From: Octopus sinensis
Taxonomy: Eukaryota
DNA: 64,000 bases
Reading direction: 5' to 3'
NCBI RefSeq assembly: GCF_006345805.1
Contig: NW_021831404.1
Coordinates: 62,001 to 126,000, forward strand
The translations under genes were made by a program, and so were the position numbers. The notes beneath the pieces were generated by a model that was not told the DNA's origin, ran no database searches, and worked only from the letters and a program-made list of their open reading frames with translations. Positions 53,454 to 62,700 of the stretch are shown one piece after another; the stretch's first letter is position 1; every line of letters starts with the position of its first letter.

Positions 53454-54466
53454 TATAAGAATTTTTTGCGTAATAAGATAAAAAAAAAACCAAGGCTGTG
53501 TAAATATTAGAGTATTTATAGATAGAAGGTCTTACAGCTGTTTCTAGGATATTTATTAATTATATCCCTTCATCGGAGATGGCGTGAGAGGATAGTTAAG
53601 TCATAGTTAGTAATGTGAAATGAAGTGTTTTGCTGAAGAACACTCAGCTGCAAATGGGAAACCCTCTGATGGACTAATCTTCCAACCAGGAGGAATGTTG
53701 GCCTACTCACTGAGCTAGCCAGTGGGGTGGCATATTCTGAAAGCTAAAAAGATGCAAAGCACATTGTGACCAGCGATGTGTAACAACCAATAGTCTGGTT
53801 GATCATGTATTCATGATATAAACACACACACACACACACACACACAAACACGCACACACATATTAGGTAGTTACGGCCAGTTCATATGGTTACCCAGGGT
53901 TTCCTGTCCATAACGCACTTGGCTTCACATACATCTCACCAGGCCTTAATGGCCAGTGGCCTATAACCTCTCTACAAATAAAGGAGGGAGGCTATAGATC
54001 ACTGGTCATTAGTATCTGACAAGATGTATGTAAAGCCAAGCAATTTAACGACAAGAAACCCTGGGTAACCCAATGAACCAGCCATAACTTTCTCTAAATA
54101 TTCTACTGATCTATAACTTAGAATGTGCTTTTCCTTCAGGTTTATGATTTACTGACGATTATATATATACTTATTACAGATATAGGGTAAAGAATTATTA
54201 ATTTAATAATTAATAAATTTTACCAAGTTGTTTTGGTATGGAAAAAAACCATTTATCGGTAAAAACTTGTACAAAAAGTTTTTTTTATATAATTATAAAT
54301 ATAATTAAGGGTTTAGCAACAAGTTACTTCAGCACATACTGAAAATTTAGAAAGAGCAGCCAAAAGACGTGGAGTCATATTTGTAGTTAAAAGAATTAGC
54401 TGTCTTTTGGCTGCTATTTCTAAATTTTCGGTATGTGGTGAAGCAACTTGTTGCTAAACCCTTAAT

Positions 54467-54498
<32 letters not shown>

Positions 54499-54715
54499 AA
54501 GAATGGGTTATAAAATGCTTTATATTTATCAATATCATGTATATCCCACCACCCACAATAAAGTTTTAAAAAAATGTCATTCAAACAAACCACTAAACTA
54601 ACCTTTCCTTCTGGATACCAAAGAACTGGAATTTCCAACTCGTCCCTGGGTGGGAAAATAAAAACAAATTAAACTACCTTATCACATTGTCATTTCTTTC
54701 CTGATGTGAGTAAGC

Positions 54716-54747
<32 letters not shown>

Positions 54748-55826
54748 GCCATGTGTGTGTGGGGGGGGTAGCCATGTGTCAGTAGCTGTGTACGTGTGTG
54801 TGTGTAGCCATGTGTGAGTGTGGATGAGTGTGTATGCAGGTAGTCATGTATGTATGTGCATGTATGTTGCCATGTATAGGCGGACATGTAAGTGATCAGG
54901 TGTATGTGTTTGTGTTGCTGTTGTTTAACCCAAAGCCAGGCTTGATCAAACAGATCTATGATCAAAGGCCTTCCAACCATGACCACCATCATATTTTCAT
55001 ATATATGATTGCATCTAGAACTACAATATCTAATGTATCCTTCTGTTAAGACAGTTGAGAGAGAATTGGCTTTTATTTCTAGCATATCAAGAGAACATGT
55101 AGAGGCATTCTTTGTAACTCAAAATGAAGCTTATATGTAAATGCATGCAAGTGGAGTATATATACAGATGTATATACATAGTGAGAATGTATGTATATAC
55201 GTGCATGTAGATATATGAGTGTAGTGTGTACATTGATGCATAATTGTGGTGTGTATATAGATGTATATATATGTACATGTGTGTGTAGTGTTTATCATCA
55301 TCATCATTACATAACATCAGTTGTCCATGCTGGCAAAAGTCAGATGGTCTGATCAGAGCTGGTAAGACTCCACTCTGATTTGGCATGGTGTCTATGGCTG
55401 GATGCCCTTCCTAACACCAGCTACTCCAAGAGTGTAATGGGTGCCTTTTACGTGCCACCAGCACAGGTACCATTTGTGTGACACCAGTATCTGCCACAAC
55501 TACAATTTCACCTGGCTTGGCTTCTTGATGTATGTGCGTATTGTATATGTTTATAGTGCATATATTATACACATGTATATGTGTTGTGTGTATATTGTTG
55601 AATATGTGTTTGGCACATATGCGAATGTATGTGTGCATGGTGTATATATACAATCCTAATATCACACACAGGAAGAGGCCTTTACTCTTTCCAACATGTC
55701 CACAAAAATATAAATAAATAGAGTAGCTACATACCAGGTATCTTCAAAATGAAATGCAGCCACTGGATCATTTTCTGAATAAGGTAAACACTGCTCCTGA
55801 CTATAAACAGAGAAAAGTATAAGTGG

Positions 55827-55859
<33 letters not shown>

Positions 55860-56678
55860 AAATTAGTGTACATTTAAATACAAAAGAGGCAACCCTTAAC
55901 AAGCAGCTTTAAATGCTAGAAGGAGCAGTCAAAACGTCCAAAACCACATTTAAGAGTAATTTCGAAGGGAATATAAAATAAAAACTTTTTACCTTGTTTT
56001 TTACAGCCATACTTAGGTTTCAAGCTTTAATTAGCAAATAAAATAATTTACTAGGTGAAGTTCTCATCAGTGGCAACGTCAAAACACTAATATATAATTT
56101 AGAGACCGAATAACATATGTCTCATCATTATATATTATAATTTTTCAAATTCACCGCGCAAGCATGGTTTCAGTCAGCAGCAAATGAAATAATGCCAATA
56201 CAACTTCCAAAATTACAAAATATGGATATATGAAAATATATATATATATATAAATTAAATTAGAGATAAAACCACTATTAGGCAAATCAAACAGTGAAAA
56301 ACATAAACCAAAACATAGAAATAAAATTAATTAATATAATATACAAAATATATTAAACTTTTAATACTTTTTGATAGTTATATATATTTAATAAATAAAA
56401 ATACATATATATATAAATTTATAAATTTATAAATATAAATTAATAATTTTAAATTTTTAACTTTAAATTTAAATAATTTAAATTTTGAATTAAATATTTT
56501 ATATATTTTGTATATTATATTAATTATTTTTATTTCTATGTTTTGGTTCATGTTTTTCACTGTTTGATTTGCCTGATAGTGGTTTTATCTCTAATTTAAT
56601 TTATATTTATACTGTAAAATTGGATTTAATCCCAAATCTAATTTTTCCTGTAAGTTTGGATTTACTCCCTAATATTAT

Positions 56679-56739
<61 letters not shown>

Positions 56740-57502
56740 ACACTTTGTGTACAGGACATCATCAATGAGTGAAAAATACATAAACACACGAGAGAATAGT
56801 ACAAGACAAAATACCGAAAGAAAATAAGTCCTCATCAGTTGTCTGACTGTTTATTACTCCCATTTCATGCTTTTAACGACTATACAGGGAAACTTCATTT
56901 GTGTGGTAGGGTAGACAGTGAGATTTCAATCTGTCATGAATGTAGAAAAGAACGAATTAAAGACATACGCCAAATGAGACTGGATATCCTGTTGTGTCCA
57001 TTCATCATAGGCTGCGTATTTACTAACATGGTCATCTTGGCAGAAATCATTTCTGAAAGTGAAAAAAAAAAGAAAAATCAAAGAAAATGACAGAGTCAAA
57101 AGATGTTAGTATCAGAAATTGGAATAAATAAATAAATAAATAACAATGGTTTCAAGTTTTGGCACAAGGCCAGCAATTTAAGGAAGGAAGGAAGGAGGGG
57201 ATATGAAGGGGAGGAATGGGATGGGAGGGGTGGGGGATTGAGGGTGGAAGGAAGGAAGAAGGAAGGAAAAAAGGAAGGAAGGAAAGAAAAAAGGAAGGAA
57301 GGACAGGTAAAGAAACAAAGGGAAAAAGAATAAAGAAAAAGCAAAGAATAAAAAATGTAGAAAGAAAGAAGGAAAGTAGGTAAAAAAAACCTTAGTTACA
57401 TACTGATCACCGTAGACAAACACCAATCCTTGTCTGGAACCACGAGAACCACTGATTACCTGAAGACAATGAGAGTGAAAATATAATGAGATACTATCAA
57501 GA

Positions 57503-57551
<49 letters not shown>

Positions 57552-59653
57552 AAACAGAAGAGTGAGAAAATTTGGTATATTTTTAATATCATGTTACATA
57601 TGTTTCATTACAGAATAGGAGTTACAAAGGTTTACGTGTTGAGAAAATGTATACAATCCTCCAAACTTTTTCTGAAGAATTACGGATAAGAGATTCTATA
57701 TATTTTTTTCTACATGTTTACCTTTTTAACTCCTATTCTGTAACGGAACATGTTTAACATGGAATTAAAAATATACCAAATTTTTTCCACTCTCCTATTT
57801 TCACAAGTAATTACTCTGCAAAATATAATTCAGCAGAAATTTCAATTGCTACATAAATCTCATTCAAAATAAGTTGGATTAATATGAACATACAGATGTG
57901 CATCACAAGGACACAGCTTGGATTACAACCTCTTGTATATACCATATTTGAAGGCATAAAAGACACAGGCACATATTCATGTAAAACGTTTTAATCATCA
58001 TCATCCTCATCATCGTTTAATGTCCGTTGTCCAAGCTGGCAAGGGTTGGACAGTGTGACAAGAACTGGCAAGCTAGCGGAAAGGGGGAGATCTGCACCAA
58101 ATTCCAGTTTGATTTGGCATGGTTTCTATGACTGGGTGCCCTTCCTAACACCAACCACCTTACTGAGTGTGCTGGCACCACACAGATGCTTTTCATGGCG
58201 CTGGGTGCTTTTAATGTGATGCCATGGAGCACTTTTACGTGGCGCCACACGGCATTAAAATTTATGGGATGCCCAATTTTGCATATGGACCAGGTGTCTT
58301 ATATACCCTCCAACATGGTATATATATATTATGTTGTTGACCCAATGGTGGTGAGGTTAGGGTACTGAACTACACTCTCCCCATACTTTGGTCACAAGTT
58401 CAAAACCTTACAACTATAAACACCCTTTCTTCCTAAGAGATATTTTCAGTCCTACCTCAAACATTTTGAATATATATTTCACTTCACAGACAGACTTATG
58501 CTCAAAACGTCTGGATTTACTCTGGTTTCCAAGGGTTTCAGCATTGCTTCTGAAAAAGATTACTTACAGACACCCCAGCAGACTCAGGCCAAATGAAACC
58601 TTTCAGGTCTTTAGCTGCTTATTCAAGAAGGTAACTCTATGCATATCCTGCAGCTTGATAACTATTGGACTTGTAGCAACAGACCAATATCACTTTGAAG
58701 ATGAGAGAGTGGGGCTAGCTCTACAGAAACAATGCTTACAATAATGGCTTTCATCATGCAGGTTGTTCAGTAAACCAAGACACAAGCACCATCAAACTTT
58801 CTTCATAAGTCTAATGGAGACAGGGAAAGAGGAAACGGAGACAAATAGAGAATGCTAATGGAAGTGTTCAACTTTCACTCCACACAAACAGTAAAAGGGC
58901 AATGGCCGTTTTTCTAGACCTTCAACATTTTGCTTAGCTAAACCCTCTTTCATTGAAGCAACAAGAGAGCTCATTATTGTGCAATATAACATAAGTAGAT
59001 GATCTGGTGTCTGTTCCTTCCTGACAGCCAGATGAATAGCGTGAACAAGGGAATTCTTTACGATGGAACTGAACTCAAGAGCTGTGTGTTGGTAATCCAA
59101 CAATATCTATTTAGCCATTTCACTAATTGCAACAGGATAGAAGCTTCAAGAGGTCAGTCAAATGACTAAGTATGTTCTAAAGAGCCACTCCTCTACATCC
59201 TCCATCAAGTATACAATGTAATGGTTAATACTATGGTGGAACAGTTAAACAGTTTGAAGCATTTTGTTTTCTCTGCTGTTCACTCTGCTGTTTGTTGGGC
59301 CCAAAGAGAAGATAGCCAAGGTGGACAACAAAAATAATGTGAAGAATAAACATGGAAAATATGTTGTCTATGCTGTGATGAAGAAAAGTTATGAAGAGAT
59401 GGAGCTGGAAAAAAATGAGATATACTCTTTTACTCTTTTACTTGTTTCAGTTATTTGACTGTGGCCATGCTGGAGCACTGCCTTTAGTCGAGCAAATCGA
59501 CCCCAGGACTTATTCTTTGTATTCTATCGGTCACTTTTGCCGAACCGCTATGTTATGGGGACATAAACACACCAGTACCGGTTGTCAAGCGATACTGGAG
59601 GGGGGACAAACACAAACACACAAACATATACACACACACACACATACATATAC

Positions 59654-59700
<47 letters not shown>

Positions 59701-62700
59701 GACAGGCTTCTTTCAGTTTCCGTCTACTAAATCCACTCACAAGGCTTTGGTCAGCCCAAGGCAGAAGACACTTGCTCAAGGTGCCACGCAGTGGGACTGA
59801 ACCCAGAATCATTTGGTTGGGAAGCAAATTACTTACCACACAGCCACTCCTATACCTGTTTGGATATGTAAAAGAAATACAAGTACACAAAAGGAAGAAA
59901 ATGATGATGTATAAAAGAGATGATGTTGATGATGATGACACTGGTAATGATGACAAATACGATGATAATGATCATCATCACAATGATGACAATAATGAGG
60001 ACAGCAATGATGACAATAACGAAGATGACAATGAAGATGATGATGATGATAATGAGGACAATGTTAATGATGACAATGATGATGATGTTGTTGACAATGA
60101 TGATGGCGTTTTATGAAATGAATTCAACTCACCTTGATCATCAACTTCGTTAAGGTAACGAAATCAGGAGCCTTGAAGAAGAGGTCAACACTTTTCCTGC
60201 CTTCCGTAAGGTAAACTATAGGGAGACAGGAAGACAGAAAAAAGAGAGGGATGAGGGAAGAGAGAAAGTTGACAAAGAAGATGGAGCAGTGTGTGTGTGT
60301 ATTCACATGTGTGTGTTCATTTACCTCCAGTGCCAAAGACTGAATTTCAACTGTGACAAACCATCAGCATCCAAACAGCCATACCCAATTGTCTTATTCT
60401 GGGACAGAGAGGACAAGGCAACTCTGTAGTGCTGGTGCAATGATGAAATGCACCCAGTGCACTCTGTAAAGCAGTTGAGATCAGGAAAAGTTTCCAACCA
60501 TAGAAACCATGCTAAAATAAAACATAAGTATGCTGTGGTCCCTCCTATCTAGAAAAGCTGCAGAAAGTCCAAATAGAAAGGATTTGGACCAAGATGACCA
60601 GTCCAGTCCATACCAAAATGGTAAGTAGACACAAAATATTAAGATATTTTCACAGCACTTTTATGATTTTCTGCTTCTCAGATCAGGTCACTTACTATGC
60701 AAGTACATCTCTGTAAAACTTATTTTTTATTTGTTTCAGCCATTTGACTGTGGTCATGCTGGGGCATTGCTTTGAAGGGTTTTAGTTGTACAAATCAACA
60801 CCAGGGCTTACTTTTTTAAATTTGGTCTCTTTTGCTAAACCACCAACTAACAGGGTCGTAAACAAACCAACACTGGTTGTCAAGCAGTGGGAGGGGGACA
60901 AACACACTGACACATACACAAACATGCATATATAAAAACCTGCATACAGTCATACAAATATACTTATACAGAGGCAATTATGTGGATAAGCAAATAAGAC
61001 ACAACAAATATATTAAATATATTAAATACATCAAATACAAAATAAAGTTAAATTTTCTTATAAAGTATGTTTTTAAGTATAGTTCACAATATATGGACTG
61101 TATTAAGAAGTGCTCATTGCGAGCTAAATTGGAGGATAAGTGACCCCTGACTGGCTCTCGTGCTGGTGGCATGTGAAAAGCACCATCTGAACCTGGTCAA
61201 TGCCATGCCACCCGACTGGCTCCTGTGTTGGTGGCACGTAAAAAGCACTATCCGAACGTGAACAATGGCAGGGCCGCCTGACTGACTCCTATGCCAGTGG
61301 CACATAAAAAATGTACCCACTACACTTTTCAGAGTGGTTGGTGTTTGGAAGGGTATCCAGCTGTAGAAACATTGCCAGATCGGATTAGAACCTGGTGCAG
61401 CCGCTGGCTTTCCAGACCTTATAGAAGGAAGACATGTAGGCAATCAATACAAATTCCAAAGCATAATTTAAAACACACAACAAAATAAATATACATATGT
61501 GTGGTAAGTAGCTTGCTTACCAACCACATGGTTCCAGGTTCAGTCCCACTGCATGGAACCTTGGGCAAGTGTCTTCTACTATAGCCTCAGGCCAACCAAA
61601 GCCTTGTGAGTGGATTTGGTAGACAGAAACTGAAAGCAGTCCGCCGTATATATGTATATATATATGTGTGTGTGTGTTTGTCCCCCTAACATCGCTTGAC
61701 AACCAATGCTGGAGTGTTTACGTCCCCGTAACTTAACGGTTCGGTAAAAGAGACCGATAGAATAAGTACTAGGCTTCCAAAAAATAAGTCCCGGGGTTGA
61801 TTTGCTTGACTAAAGGCAGTGCTCCAGCATGGTCACAGTCAAATGACTGAAACAAGTAAGAGTATGTGTAAACTATTATGTGTAAACTATTATGCATCGT
61901 GTACATTGGGTTCAGGTACTGAATGAAGGAGTGACAAATAAAGAGATAAAAATTCAACGTAAGGGCTTCCAAAAGGAACTGTTCGAATCAATGCTTTCTA
62001 TAATTTCCCTTATCCTTCAAATACAAAACTTGTGTATATCATAACTGAGGCCAGTGACCCCCGACTGGCTCCTGTGTCGGTGGCACGTAAAAAGCACTAT
62101 CTGAACGTGATCAATGCCAAGGCCGCCTGACTGGCTCTGTGCCAGTGGCACATAAAAAATGTACCCACTACATTTTCAGAGTGGTTGGTGTTTGGAAGGG
62201 TATCCAGCTGTAGAAACATTGCCAGATCGGATTAGAACCTGGTGCAGCCGCTGGTTTTCCAGACCTCAGTCAAACCGTCCAACCCATGCCAGCATGAAAA
62301 ACAGACGTTAAATGATGATAATGATGTATACATGCAAAACGAAAGCAAAAGGTGGAGACTTTCAGTTGGTGAATGTTTATGCATAAATCATCATCATCGT
62401 TTAACGTCTGCTTTCCATGCAAGCATGGGTTGGACGATTTGACGGAGGACTGGCGAACCAGATGGCTGCACCAGGCTCAAATCTTGATCTGGCAGAGTTT
62501 CTACAGCTGGATGCCCTTCCTAACGCCAACTACTCCGAGAGTGTAGTGGGTGTTTTTACATGCCAGCGGCATGAGGGCCAGTCAGGCGGTACTGGCAACG
62601 GGTCGCTCAAATGGTGTTTTTTACGTTCCACCTGCAGAGGAGCCAGACCAGCGGCAATGGCAACGACTTTGCTCGAATGTTTTTTCATGTGCCAGTAAAG

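Noticed and set aside
55993-56203. Apparent micro-exons and a stop/frameshift (FYLLIKA*, CIGIISFAAD*) suggesting a broken or editing-rescued exon
   Set aside because: True exons at 55735-55800 and 54603-54645 supply the homologous segment in phase, so no editing or frameshift is needed; the resemblance is coincidental.
56969-57052. Second open reading frame in exon 4 (MISAKMTMLVNTQPMM...)
   Set aside because: Only the phase 2-2 frame matches ZZEF1 and its neighbours; a second stop-free frame over 84 nt is expected by chance.
58855-59103. 82-aa minus-strand ORF as a ZZEF1 exon
   Set aside because: The homologous region order places it outside the chain (exon 2 joins exon 3 in phase); it is antisense to a decayed RT remnant.
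59772-60153. Poly-Asp/Asn and poly-Met ORFs
   Set aside because: They are translations of a degenerate trinucleotide tract, antisense to the gene and without splice support.
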